Assembly (NCBI RefSeq): GCF_006345805.1
Contig: NC_043012.1
Coordinates: 6,510,001-6,574,000, forward strand
Source: Octopus sinensis
Taxonomy: Eukaryota
Reading direction: 5' to 3'
Length of the DNA: 64,000 nucleotides
Below, in pieces: positions 41,113 through 54,738 of the stretch; within the stretch, counting starts at the first letter, position 1; every line of letters begins with the position of its first letter. A model generated the notes under the pieces. That model worked only from the letters and a program-made list of their open reading frames with translations. It was not told the origin of the DNA and ran no database searches. The translations under genes were made by a program, and so were the position numbers.

Positions 41113-42240
41113 TATTTACTTTTTCCAGTCATGTTGTGAAACTACCTTAGTTCTACAAAACAATATGTCTTTTTCTATCAATATATCCATGTTTAACAGA
41201 TAAATATATTTCTCAATCAAATCTTTAAGCTAACAACAAATTAAACAGATATAATAAAAAAAAATCTAGTTGTGTTATTATTGCAATATATCAACATTTA
41301 GACAATAATATTATTAGACAATAATAACTTATATATGTATTGAAATTTGTAAATAATTCACTAATTCACCAAAACATATGAAACATCAATATTCTTTGAA
41401 AACTTCAAATGACTTTTGTGGCAAATTTTCAAAATGTTAAATATTTCCTTCCTCCATTGAACGTGTCAAATAGATTTTTATACATACATTTTTATATATG
41501 CATGATCAAAGTTAGCTCCTTGATTCAGTTCAACATCAACTTATTTGTTACTCTATGGAAGTTTGCTGCTAATACATCATAATTAATAGATCTTTCAATA
41601 GATTAGACAAAGAATTTCCTTATATCTCAGCATTCAGTCATTTTATTTCAATCTCTAATCTGTGGCCTCTTAAATCAGGTTCTATCGCTAATTTCACCAC
41701 AGATGCAGCCATTTAATCTTCCTTCCTGTCTTTACCTATCATCAGTCTCCATTAGTTTTTCCCAATCCTTAACACCTGTCCGTTCACTTCATTTCATCAG
41801 TTGTTCAAGTATTCTCAAACGACAAACTCTGTTCACCCCACACCCTGTCACTGACCCCATGTACAATAGCACTTGTTATTGGAAATGGTCAGTCTCCTGA
41901 CAAAGAGGCTTAAGTGAAGGAAAAAGAACATTGACAAACAAGAAAATCTCTTTTAATTTCAGATTCCACACCTCTGCCCCCTTCTGTCCTTCACCTTCCT
42001 CCAAGAACTCATTTGGATCAATCAATCAATCAATATTTTATTTATCTAGTGCAAGTGTGGCAAATAGAAGGAATTATTTGATCTTTCTCACCGAAAGAGA
42101 TGCCAGAGAATGACTAGCCTTCTTTTTAATTTCAAGGACAAAAATATGAAAATGTGTGATATTCATGCCTTTCTCAAATGTGTTAACAGTCTGAATTAAG
42201 TAAAATGGCTTCCCGCACTAATTAAAATCAGCTTAAAATC

Positions 42241-42436
42241 AACTCATCTGGAGTTTACCTCCAGATGTACAGTAGCTGCAAGGAGCTTTTCCAACTCTCA
42301 ACTTATCTGGATTTTTCTTCCAGATATACAGTATACACAAAGAACTCTTTCAACTCTCAACTAATCTGGAATTTCTAATCCCAGATATACAGTATCTACA
42401 AAGAGCTCTCTCAACTTATCTGGAGTCTACTTCCAG
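42241..42436. repeat. ~59-bp tandem repeat, 3.4 copies, each with an ATCTGG...CCAGAT hairpin
   Basis: Units start near 42241, 42300, 42359 and 42413. Confidence 0.85.
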
Positions 42437-43436
42437 CTTATGTTTTGGTCACTAACCTAGAAGGGAAGGGAAAGACTGACTCATTTAAAACAGATGAGAT
42501 GTTACTCCTCTGCACCATTAGCTGTGCCTGTCTCAGTGAAAGGGGGTTATTAATGCTGCTACAGTTTTTGTTGTGCATATATATAGATTTTTGGATTTAC
42601 TTAGAATGTGTGAAAGGGTGGTAGTGTTTCTGGAGTTTTGGAGATTGATAATGCTGTTTGGGAGTGATAGTGTATGTAGTGACAGGAACTGATTAGGCTG
42701 GAGTTTGTTACAGCAGCAAGATTGCACCTCCATGTCTAAGTGGTCCTTTGGAGTAGTTTTGTTCTGTTATATAAGTAATATTCAAGAGCAGTTTGTATGG
42801 CACATGCGACATAATTTTCTAAATGATGTAAATCGGTCAACAACTTGATTCACATAATACATTTAAGAAACGAATGAATGAATGGATGGATGGATGGATG
42901 AATGGATGGATTGATAAATATAAGTCAGAGGTGATTCCCTGTTCATGAGTCACCTAACTTAGAATGAGTAATTCAAACTGGAGCTTAATCTGAGAAGCAT
43001 TACATTTCATTTGACACAATGGGCCAAGAAAATATATTCTGTTTCTGCTGACGATATATCTTGTTGGACACATTTTTTTAATAAAACATGTACGTGTGTG
43101 TGTGCATGTGTATTTGTAAACACACACAAAACACATGCACCCAGATATATATATATCATGATTGTTTTAACATTCAGGTTTCAATGCTTGTATGTGTTGG
43201 TAGGGGGTTTACCGAAGCAGATATTCAATGGCCAGACCGCTTCCTATCACCAACTCTCAAAGAATCTCAAACAAGGTGATATTCCTTCATGGCCAGAAAT
43301 GTATTCACAGAATTTTGGAAATGAATGACACTGCTTGTGTGATGGTGACACTCATTTACAACTATTGCACGATGTCAAGGGCAAACAGACGCAAACATGC
43401 ACATGCATATATTTAGATACTATCTATTTATATGTA

Positions 43437-43519
<83 letters not shown>

Positions 43520-43550
43520 ATCTATCTATCTATCTATCTATCTTTCTATC

Positions 43551-43593
<43 letters not shown>

Positions 43594-43596
43594 ATG

Positions 43597-43653
<57 letters not shown>

Positions 43654-43692
43654 GTATATATATAAATATATGTATGTATATATATGTATGTG

Positions 43693-43728
<36 letters not shown>

Positions 43729-43732
<4 letters not shown>

Positions 43733-44590
43733 TCATCATCATCATCATCATTTAGCGTCCGCTTTCCATGCTAGCATGGGTTGGACGGGTCAACTGGGTC
43801 TGTGAACCTGGAAGGCTTCGTCAGGCCCAGTCAGATCTGGCACTGTTTCTACGGCTGGATGCTCTTCCTAACGCCAACCACTCCGCGAGTGTAGTGGGTG
43901 TTTTCTACGTGCCACCTGCACAGGTGCCAGACAGAGCTGGTGAACGGCCATGAACGGATGGTGCTTTTACGTGTCACCGGCACAGGGCCAGGCGATGCTG
44001 GCAACGGACACGAACGGATGGTGCTTTTACGTGCCACCGACACGGGGCCAGACAGAGCTGGCAAACAGCCATGAACGGACGGTGCTTTTACGTGTCACCG
44101 GCACGGGGGCCAGCCGAGGCTGACAACAAACACGAATGGATGGTGCTTTTACGTGCCACCGACACAGTTGCCAGACAGAGCTGGCAAACGGCCACGAACG
44201 GACGGTGCTTTTACGTGTCACCGGCACGGGGGCCAGCCGAGGCTGGCAACGGACACGAATGGATGGTGCTTTTACGTGCCACCGACACGGGGCCAGACAG
44301 AGCTGGCAAACGGCCACGAACGGATGGTGCTTTTACGTGTCACCGGCACGGGGCCAGGCGAGGCTGGCAACGAACACGAACGGATGGTGCTTTTATGTGC
44401 CACCGACACGGGGGCCAGGCAGAGCTGGCAAACGGCCACGAGCGAATGGTGCTTTTACGTATCACCGGCACGGGTGCCAGACGAGGCTGACAGCGGACAC
44501 GAACGGATGGGTCACTTAACCCCTGCTTTCTGTATATGATTTGATTTTGATTGTTCTCACTGGTCTTGCCGGGTCTTCTCACGCACAGCA
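43729..44590 (-). mobile_element. Family C (RTE-type 3' end) copy with an expanded internal minisatellite
   Basis: The minus strand starts AVREKTRQDQ* (ORF end), then the UTR array, then the family C terminus and (GAT)n tail. Confidence 0.8.
43897..44508. repeat. Higher-order minisatellite: 10 units of ~60-62 bp alternating A/B (5 dimers)
   Basis: Each unit starts GGTG(C)TTTT(C)TACGT. A units carry GCCAGACAGAGCTGG; B units carry GCCAG(G/C)CGAGGCTG(G/A)C. Confidence 0.92.
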
Positions 44591-44633
44591 TACATATATA
44601 TATGTATATATATATATAAGATATATATATCTA

Positions 44634-44668
<35 letters not shown>

Positions 44669-45383
44669 TTATCTATATATATATATATATACATATAGAT
44701 AGATAGAGAGACAGATATACATATATATACATATCTAAATATATATATACATATACACATATATATGTATGCATATGTGTGTGAGTATATATATATAAAG
44801 ATACATATATATATATATCCATTTACACACTTGCACATTCATGCACACCTACACACACACACACAGTTACAATACTAGAGAGAAGCACAATGAGACTGTC
44901 ATTTGGAAACTTCCAGCCAATATGACTCCGTCAATAAAACTAGATAGAAATTTCAGTTGTCCATCATCGTAAAAGTGAAAACATTAGCTGTCTGTCTGTG
45001 GCAAGTACATAATGTATAGCCTTTTGCTTTTCCTCACAGAGCATGGGATGTCAGTTGGTGATATTGGTGATAAACACGGGTTAAGTTTTCAATTTGTGCC
45101 AATAGGTCTGATATATTTGACTAGGAAAGAAACTGGTGAGTCAGATCTGTGCTGGAAGAAGGAAATTTGAGGCTGAACATGTTACGTGTCGTTATGTGTA
45201 TGCAAAGAAGGGACGACTGGTGGGAGCATTAATAGCTATGCTCATATATGTATTTATATATATACATGCATGCATGTAAATACATATATATTTATGTTTA
45301 TACATACATACATACATACAGGCATGTATATGTATATATATACTCATATTCCGAGTTCTATTTTTCTTGTTTGCACCAATATA

Positions 45384-45425
<42 letters not shown>

Positions 45426-45863
45426 GTGTGTATGTGTATGTGTGTGTATGTAGATGCACACAATCATTATCATCATCATCATCATCTTCACCATTTAATG
45501 TCCATTTTCCATAGATTGGATGCTAGGCAGAAGATTGCACTAAGCTTCATTGTCTGTTTTGGAACAGTTTTTAAAGCTGGATGCCCTTCCTAACACCAGC
45601 TACGTTACAGAGTGGACTGAGGGCTTTTTATATACACACATATATACAAACCTATATATGGAAGTTTTGAGGCTGTGTCTGTATATAATACATAAATATA
45701 TATGTTTATGTATATGGGCTTGTATAAGGATGTATGTATCTAGTTTAAGGTGATATATCTATCTATATACATTTATATATATATATACACATATATATAT
45801 TATATATATATATATATATATATCTGTAAATATATATATATATATTATATATACATATCTGTA

Positions 45864-45905
<42 letters not shown>

Positions 45906-47263
45906 CACATATATATATATACAATACATATATGCATATATAATATATAATATATATATATATATACATACATACATACATATATTATATGTATCAATGT
46001 TAGAGAATACGAACATTGGTGTTGACACCCATGGAAATAGGAGTAAATATATTTAATGGATATGTGGGCATAGTGTGTGTGTGTGTGTGTGTGTGTGTGA
46101 GTGTGTGTGTGGTGATGTGGATATCCATGTCTGAATGTAGGCATGAAGAAGAATGTTGAATAGAAGAAATTGACACCATGTTTCATCCAAGTATTGTCTT
46201 TCTGTTACCTCCACCTTGCTCCCCCCACACACATGTATATGTATATGTAGATATGTATGTATATATTTCTAAACATATACACACATATATCATATATATA
46301 TTTATACACATACAGTTATCATATATCACAAATATATACATGTATATGTATATATATATCATCATCATCGTCGTTTAACGTCCGTTCTCCATGCTAGCAT
46401 GGGTTGGACGGTTCGACCGGGGATCTGGGAAGCCAGAAGGCTGCACCAGGCTCCAGTCTTATCTGGCAGTGTTTCTACAGCTGGATGCCCTTACACACAC
46501 ACACACACAAACACACATATGTATCATATATATGTTTGTATAAATATATAAATTCATACATACACACAAATATACATACATGCATATATTTATATATACA
46601 TATATGTGCCTATATATGTATCTCTCTCTGTATACATACATACATATATATATATATTTATATATATATAAATACACACACATACTAACATACTTACAGA
46701 CTCATATAATTCAATGAAGCTAGACTAATTAGTTACCCCTACATGAGCAGATGAAACTTGTTTTAATATATCTAGAATAATTGAGGATGTCTTATATGGG
46801 TCCAATCTTAATCACAGCAACTCTTGCTAAGGTAAGGACCCAACACTGCTATCACCTATTTACTTACTTTTGCAGTCGATGGAAGCATTACAAACGTCAA
46901 TATCATCACTGTCACTACCATTACCACCACCACCACCACCACCACCACCACTAATGCTATCATGATCATCGTTGTCATACTGACCACCACCAACAACAAT
47001 TATAATATCATTGCCAGCATATAATTTTCAACCACGACCACCACCTTCAGTAACGTCACTTTTGTGACAAACTGTATTATTTTAATTCAGCATCACTACC
47101 ATCATGTGACCACCACCACCACCACCACCACACAATAAGCACCAGAATTACAAAGAATAAGTCCAGTGGTTGATTTCTTTGACTAAAAGGTGGTGCTCCA
47201 GCATGGCCACAGTCAAAAGACTGAAACAAGTAAAAGAATAAAAGAATATATATATATATATAT

Positions 47264-47564
47264 ATCACCGTGACAAACCAGGCTATCAGATGTTTCAACA
47301 CATTGCTGGTCACAACGTGCTTCGCATTGTTTTAGCCTTCAAATAACATCACCTTGCTGGCTAAGCGAGCAAGCCAACAGAAGAAAGAGTGAGAGAAAGT
47401 TGTGGTGAAAGAGTACAGCAGGGATGCTCCCCCACCCCAACTGGAGCCACGTGGAGCTTTAGGTGTTTTCACTCAATAAACACTCACAACGCCCTGTGTG
47501 GGAATTCAAAACGCGATCCTACAATACCGAGTCTGCTGCCCTAACCACTGGGCCATTGCGCCTT

Positions 47565-47565
<1 letters not shown>
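47264..47565 (-). mobile_element. tRNA-headed SINE family D, variant with an RTE-1-like 3' tail
   Basis: Head GGCGCAATGGCCCAGTGGTTAGGGCAGC...; tail ...TGTGACCAGCAATGT...CTGATAGCCTGGTTTGTCACGGTGAT ending at (TA)n. Confidence 0.8.
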
Positions 47566-47608
<43 letters not shown>

Positions 47609-47905
47609 CACCCACACACACACACTTATCTTCATCATCAGCATGCCTATTTATCCCTTCTCTATGCTTCCATGATTTGGACAGAAATTTTTGAGGCAGA
47701 GATTCTATGGCTGGATGCCCTTCCTGTCACCAACTCTTACCTGTTTCCAAGCAAGGCAATATTTCCCCTGTGGCCAGACATGTTTTTTACAGAGGATTGG
47801 AAACAAGTCTCACTATATGACTGTTATTTGTTTACACCGTTACATGATATCAAGACAAAGAGGCACAAACAGACACATATACACACATGCATACACACAC
47901 ACATG

Positions 47906-47940
<35 letters not shown>

Positions 47941-48487
47941 ACACTCACACAGCTATCTGTGTATCATACCTAATGTAAATACAATGTTGAAAGGCAAATT
48001 TACTGCAGCATTCATCCAGACATAACTTCTCTTCCGATCATTCAGTTTTCTTTTTTTAATTTGTCTCAGGCGTTTGGCTGCGGCCATGTTGGAGCACCAC
48101 CTTTTAGTCAAACAAATTGACCCTGGGACTTATTCTTTGTAAGCCTGGTACTTATTCTATCAGTCTCTTTTGCTGAATCACTAAGTTACACATAAACAAG
48201 AGGCCTTTGTCAGTTTATGTTTGCCCAAATCCACTCACAATGTTTCACTTTTTCCAGAGCTATAGTAGAAAACACCAACCTAAGGTGCCATACAGTGGGA
48301 CTGAACCCCAAATCACATGATTGGAAAGCAAATTGCTTAACCACACAGCCATGCCTGCACCTATATATGCTGTTTTTTGCTTGTTACGGACACACAACTG
48401 AAGGTGCTCTTACGTTCTCCTGTGTTAGCTGGTCTGCTGGAATGGGAAGTGGTCAGTTGCAATAACCAGGTATTCATTCAAGGATTT

Positions 48488-48877
48488 CCTGAGACTGTCA
48501 CTGGAAGCACTCCGTCGGTTACGACGACGAGGGTTCCGGTTGATCCAAATCAACGGAACAGCCTGCTCGTGAAATTAACGTGTAAGTGGCTGAGCACTCC
48601 ACAGACACGTGTACCCTTAACGTAGTTCTCGGGGATATTATTCAGCGTGACACAGAGAGTGACAAGGCCGGCCCTTTGAAATACAGGTACAACAGAAACA
48701 GGAAGTAAGAGTGAGAGAAAGTTGTGGTGAAAGAGTACAGCAGGGATCACCACCATCCCCTGCCGGAGCCTTGTGGAGCTTTAGGTGTTTTCGCTCAATA
48801 AACACTCACAATGCCCGGTCTGGGAATCGAAACCGCGATCCTATGACTGGGCCATTGCGCCTCCTGAGACTGTCACT
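48488..48877 (-). mobile_element. tRNA-headed SINE family D with a perfect target-site duplication
   Basis: CCTGAGACTGTCACT at 48488-48502 and 48863-48877 (13-15 bp TSD); about 20 nt of the tRNA head is deleted relative to the 47.5-kb copy. Confidence 0.9.
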
Positions 48878-49194
48878 ACTCTTCGATGGGCTTGCAAGGA
48901 AACGATTTACTTTTCTTCTTTCTCTGACTTATATTTTTTTCTTCCAGTGACATGAGGGGTGACTTTAACTCAGAGTACAAGCAGAATAAACCGTAAGCAT
49001 TATCTCTCACTCTGACAACTATGACAGCCTGCATGCATGCATGCATACATACATACTACATACATACATACATACATATACATACATATTCATATCTCTC
49101 TCTCTCTCTCTCTCCCTATGTATATATACAGGGGTAAAGGGAGAGAGAGAAGTAGGCAGACAGACAAATATAATATAAGTTGTACATGTATATT

Positions 49195-49607
49195 CTTTAC
49201 TTTCTTTACTCTTTTACTTGTTTCAGTCATTTGACTGTGGTCATGCTGGAGCACCGCCTTAGTCAAGCAAATCGACCTCAGGACATATTCTTTGGAAGCC
49301 TAGTACTTATTCTATCGGGCTCTTTTGCCAAACCACTAAGTTACAGGGACATAAACACACCAGCATCAGTAGTCAAGCGATGTTGGGGGGGACAAACACA
49401 GACACACAAACATATACACACACACATAAACACACACACATATAAAAAATACATATATACGACGGGCTTCTTTCAGTTTCCATCTACCAAATCCACTCAC
49501 AAGGCTTTGGTTGGCCCAAAGCTATAGTAGCAGACACTTGCCCATGGTGCCACACAGTAGGACTGAACCCGGAACCATGTGGTTCATAAGCAAGCTACTT
49601 ACCACAT
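49195..49607 (-). mobile_element. SINE family A copy (another at ~48050-48360)
   Basis: Reverse complement of family A. Confidence 0.85.
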
Positions 49608-49651
49608 ATATAAAACAAATTGTTTGAACGATGTTTTGTTGCCAGAAAAAA

Positions 49652-49706
<55 letters not shown>

Positions 49707-49865
49707 AACTAGTAGATGCATTATCCAAAACTAATTTGCATGTATATATGTGTGTATAGGGTATGTATAAAATACATACATATATATATGTGTGTATATA
49801 TATATATATACATATGTATGTGTGTCTATATATATATATATATATACACACACATATACATATGC

Positions 49866-49914
<49 letters not shown>

Positions 49915-50604
49915 TATCTCTACATATATATAGGTATAAATTATACTTGAAAATATGTTAATGAATGCATGTGTGTGTATGTATGTAAGTAATACATGTT
50001 TATATGTGTGTGTCTGTGGAATTTATATTTACCAAAATATCAAGTACATGTAGAGAGGAAATTAGAAAATTAAAGAAACCACCCACCCCACCCTGAAAAC
50101 ACCCTGCCAAAATATCCAAAGAATTGTAAATGCTAAATTGTCCCAGAGAATAAAAGAAGAAAAAAACTATTTCTTCTTCATCTTCTTCAGGATGAAAAAC
50201 TGGACATATGGTAAACAAGAACTGAATGGAATCGTACCGCCCTAACCCCTCTTCCATCTGCAAGCAAAACTTCAACAAGTCTTGTTTACTGCAATTGAAA
50301 GTTTTCAAACTAAACAAACAAACAAACAAACAAACAAACAAGGTAAATAAATAAATGAAAGGAGAGTGGGTGGGCGGGTGGATGTGAGGTAATGGAAATT
50401 GGTATTTTGAGACATGTTTATTATCGTTAAGTGTTAATAAAAAAAAAATTAGTTTTTAGGATTATTATGTAAATTTAATGATGATGTAACTCAACAACTA
50501 GGAAACAAAAATTACAAAAGAGTAAAATTTATAAATATACATATATACATTAATCATCTATCTCTATGTCTATCTGTCTGTCTGTCAATCCGTCCATCCA
50601 TCTG

Positions 50605-50651
<47 letters not shown>

Positions 50652-51599
50652 CTCTCTCTCTCTCCGCTCTCTCTCTCTCCTCTGTATATATATATATATA
50701 TTATATTATATATATATATATATTATTATATATGTATATATATATATACATATATATATATTTATATATATATATATATATATATGCATATACATATGTA
50801 TATAATATATATATGTGTGATTGTTGTGTGTGTGTGTGTATATATATATGTATTTATATATACTTATTTATATGTGCATATATGTATATTTATGTATATA
50901 TGTACTTATATATACATATATATATGTGTGTGTATATATGGATATGTGTGTGTGTGTGTGCATATATATATGTATATATGTGTGTGTTGTATATGTATGT
51001 ATGTGTGTGTGTGTGTTTGTATCTGTGTGTATATATGTATGTATGTATGTATAATATATATGTATATATATTTTATATATACATACATATACATGCATAC
51101 ATACATACATACATACATACCATACATGTATATATATATATATAATATATTATAGTATATATATATATATATATTATATATATATATATATGTACATACA
51201 TATATATACATATAATGTATTTGGAAGATGAATTTTTATGGAAATGTGAAAGGGAAAAACAGCAAAATTATGAACAAAAGAAACAAACAAAAAAATGAAT
51301 GAAACACGAAACAAGAATACAACAACAACAACAACAACAACAACAAGGAAGAATTAATACAAGCAGAATGGAAGTATTGAGAAACAGGAGGAAACCCGGA
51401 TAATAATAATAACAAGAATAGCAAAATATATAGAGAAGAATAGAAAAGAAAAACAAAACAAGGAAAGAATATGGCAATAACAATAACAAACATATCAAGA
51501 ATAACAACAAATATAAAAGTAAATTAATTACAAAGGTAAAATAAACGAGATAAAACACTAAAATAAGTTCTAATTCATTAGGATGAATTTTTTTTGTCA

Positions 51600-51623
51600 A
51601 ATAATAATAATAATAATAATAAT

Positions 51624-51698
<75 letters not shown>

Positions 51699-51885
51699 AA
51701 TGATAATAATAATAATGATAATAATAATAATGATAATAATAATAATGATAATAATGATAATGATAATAATGATAATAATAATAATGATAATAATAATAAT
51801 GATAATAATAATAATGATAATAATGATAATGATAATAATGATAATAATAATAATGATAATAATAATAACAATAGTAATGATATAA
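51600..51885. repeat. (AAT)n array with periodic GAT units
   Basis: GAT recurs mostly every 9 or 12 nt. Confidence 0.92.
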
Positions 51886-52329
51886 TGAAAATAGAGCTTG
51901 ATGGATCTGAAATCTCATTAAAAATATATTCAAAGACTCGGAAGGACAAAACCGAAAAGTTCTTCCGAGCGCTGCTTAAAATCCCCTGAAATCCCCAAAC
52001 CCTAACCCAAACAAAAACCTAATGAAAACCCTTCAAATCTTCAGAAAAAGCCCTTCACAAAAATGCATCAGGTACCGGCAGACAATTGGAAAAATGGAAA
52101 CGAGGAATTTCAAGGAATATCGGAGAAGGAATGCACATGTGATGTTGACAAATAAGGGACGAATGGTAATGACAGCGGCAGCTACAATGGACGGACTGAT
52201 TCTTGGTTACCGTGGTAACAACATAAGGTTTAGTGGAGGGAGGGGGAGGGGAGACAGGAAAAAACAAGAAAGAAAGAAAGAACTGCAGCAAATCAATTTA
52301 GGAAATGGAAATAGAAATGATGGAGAAAA

Positions 52330-52800
52330 TATGGTAGGTGGTGGTGGTGGTGGAGGTGGTGTTGTTGGTGGTTGCGGTGGTGGTAGTCACAGCTGTAGTA
52401 ATTGTATGGATGGGGATGGTAGTGATAGTGGAAGTGGTGTTGGTAATTGTGGTGGTGATGGTGGTAGTGGTGGCCATCGCATTTGTAGTAATGGTGGTGG
52501 TGGTGGTGGTGTTGATGGGTGGTGGCAGTCACAGCTATATTAATAGTGATGGCGGGGGCAGGTAGTGATGGTGGTGGTGGAAGTGGTGGTAGTGTTGGCA
52601 GTGGTGGTTGATGGCTGTGGTGGTAGCAGTGGTGGTTGATGGTTGTAGTGGTGTTTGATGTGTATGGTTGTGGTGATGGTTGATAAGCAGCTGCAGTGGT
52701 AGTAATGGTATTGGTTGTGGTCATAAGGATGGGAAATGATGGTGGACATGATAGTAGTGGTAGGGATAATGTTGGAGCAAGTGACAAATATGGTGGAAAT
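52330..52800. repeat. Cryptic (GGT)-rich low-complexity tract
   Basis: Degenerate GGT/GAT/AGT triplets. Confidence 0.85.
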
Positions 52801-52923
52801 ACCAGCAGAAGAGGTGATAGGAGGTGATCAGAGGAAGAGAGTATGTTTGTGAGAGAGAGGGAGAGAGAGTGGGGAGAGGGAGAGATACATATATATGTTT
52901 ATAGTGAGTGATAGCAAGACAGT

Positions 52924-52970
<47 letters not shown>

Positions 52971-53133
52971 GAAGAAAAGACAGACTGACTGATGGACGGA
53001 GGGAGGGATGGATGGATGGCTGGCTGGATGGATGGATGGATGAGGAGATAGATAGATAGATAGGAAATCAATAGCTAACTAGCTATATAGGTAATTATGT
53101 AAACATAGACTTCAGCACACACACACACACCAA

Positions 53134-53179
<46 letters not shown>

Positions 53180-53187
53180 AACATAGA

Positions 53188-53219
<32 letters not shown>

Positions 53220-53639
53220 AGAGTAACATAAAAAGACAGCATTGAAGGCAAACATTTAGAAAGAGAGAGAGAGAGAGAGCAGAGAGAGAGAGAGAGACAG
53301 AGACAGAGAGAGAGAAACGGAGAGAGGAAGGAGGAGGAGGAAGAGAAATATGGTAAGTTCTGTTGCCTCAGTATTTGGCTGTTGTTATTGTAGGTGCTGT
53401 TGCCCAGGAACATCCTTGTAGCTCTCTTGCAGCTTTTGATTGAATATGTTCCTGCCATGACTTTGTTTATTTTTTTTTCTTCCATAAGCATAACAGACAA
53501 AGCCATGTGGGTTGAGAAGCTCACTTTGCAGTCACAGAGTTTTGGTTTCAAGTTCAGCACCAATGAGCGACACATCGGCCCTGCACTGACCGAGATCTTG
53601 TGAGTGTATTTGGTAGATGGAAACTGAAAGCAGCCCTTC

Positions 53640-53702
<63 letters not shown>

Positions 53703-53981
53703 ACTTTCGAAACGTAGAGTAGATGAAACCATGGCGACTGAAGAAGGGTTTTTTCTTTGTGTTAATTGTCCTGTACTCTATTTTTTTGTTGTTTAAGAAA
53801 AATGTCCAGTTCCTTGGGTTTGTGTCTATGTTTTCGTTTCTCATTGTGTTCAACGTTTTTTTGGTTTCCTGTACTCATATATGCGTGTATATATACATGT
53901 AGAGGTAGGTACGTACATATATGTTTATATATATGCATATGTTTTATTTATTAATATATATATATATATATATATGTATAT

Positions 53982-54565
53982 GTCAAGAAGGCCGAGGGTG
54001 TCTTGGCATCACTCAGCAAGACTTTTGTTAGCCGCTCTCCAGCCATCTATTTAAAACTGTATAACAGCTATGGTACGACCACACTTGGAATTCGCATCAT
54101 CAGTTTGGAATCCCTATCTTGCTCAGAACATTGATCTCCTGGAATCTGTCCAGAGACGTGCAACCAAACGCATACCCTCCATCAGACACCTACCATATTC
54201 TGAGCGCCTTGTTTCCCTGGGCATGGATTCACTGAAGCTCCGGCGTCTGGCGACGGACTTGGTAGACACCCACAAGGTTATCAACCACCTCACCAACAAC
54301 AACACTGAACACCTTTTTGATCTCCATGTGTCTAACACACGTGGACATGCCTACAAAGTCAGAAAACAGCACAGCTCCCATGACTTTCGGAAACATTTTT
54401 TCACGCTCAGGGTTGCTGAAGCGTGGAATAAACTGCCTGCATCAGTTGTTGACTGCCATGACACTGCATCCTTTAAGGCCCTCATGCTTCCCGAAATCCG
54501 TCGAAACTACACCTGATTATATATACACTTTAGATGAGTTGTAGTGCACCTGAGCACTGTACACA

Positions 54566-54600
<35 letters not shown>
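53982..54600 (+). mobile_element. CR1-clade LINE, 5'-truncated 3' end with (ATT)n tail
   Basis: MVRPHLEFASSVWNPYL...VQRRATKRI...YSERLVSLGMDSLKLRRL...TRGHAYK...FFTLRVAEAWNKLP; stop at 54514-54516. Confidence 0.92.
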
Positions 54601-54707
54601 GTACATATGTATATATTAATTAAAATATTTTAACTATTCTCAGTGCATTTTCAACCTCTATTCTTCTATTCTTCCTATATTTCTACTTGTTTGGAATAAA
54701 ATAACCT

Positions 54708-54738
<31 letters not shown>

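Noticed and set aside
41650-41900. Degenerate L2/CR1 RT fragment
   Set aside because: Only a vague resemblance to the FADD-region motif; too decayed to call without an HMM search.
43897-44508. CRISPR array
   Set aside because: The spacers recur in A/B alternation, there are no cas genes, the context is eukaryotic, and the array lies within a retroelement UTR.
44880-45190. Possible exon after the minus-strand acceptor-like tttctttcctAG
   Set aside because: All three frames reach a stop and there is no Ig signature.
47500-47565. Functional tRNA genes (also 23790-23850 and the SINE heads)
   Set aside because: They have A/B-box-like motifs but no complete cloverleaf or acceptor stem, and they continue into SINE bodies.
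50170-50350. Plus-strand micro-exon (cttcttcAG...GTAAAC)
   Set aside because: Splice-like motifs only; no partner exons or coding evidence on the plus strand.
52022-52543. Gly-rich 173-aa ORF, or a hidden Ig exon on the minus strand (VNITCA-like peptide)
   Set aside because: The ORF runs into a GGT low-complexity tract. The minus-strand peptide has no phase-1 acceptor, core Trp, second Cys motif or donor.
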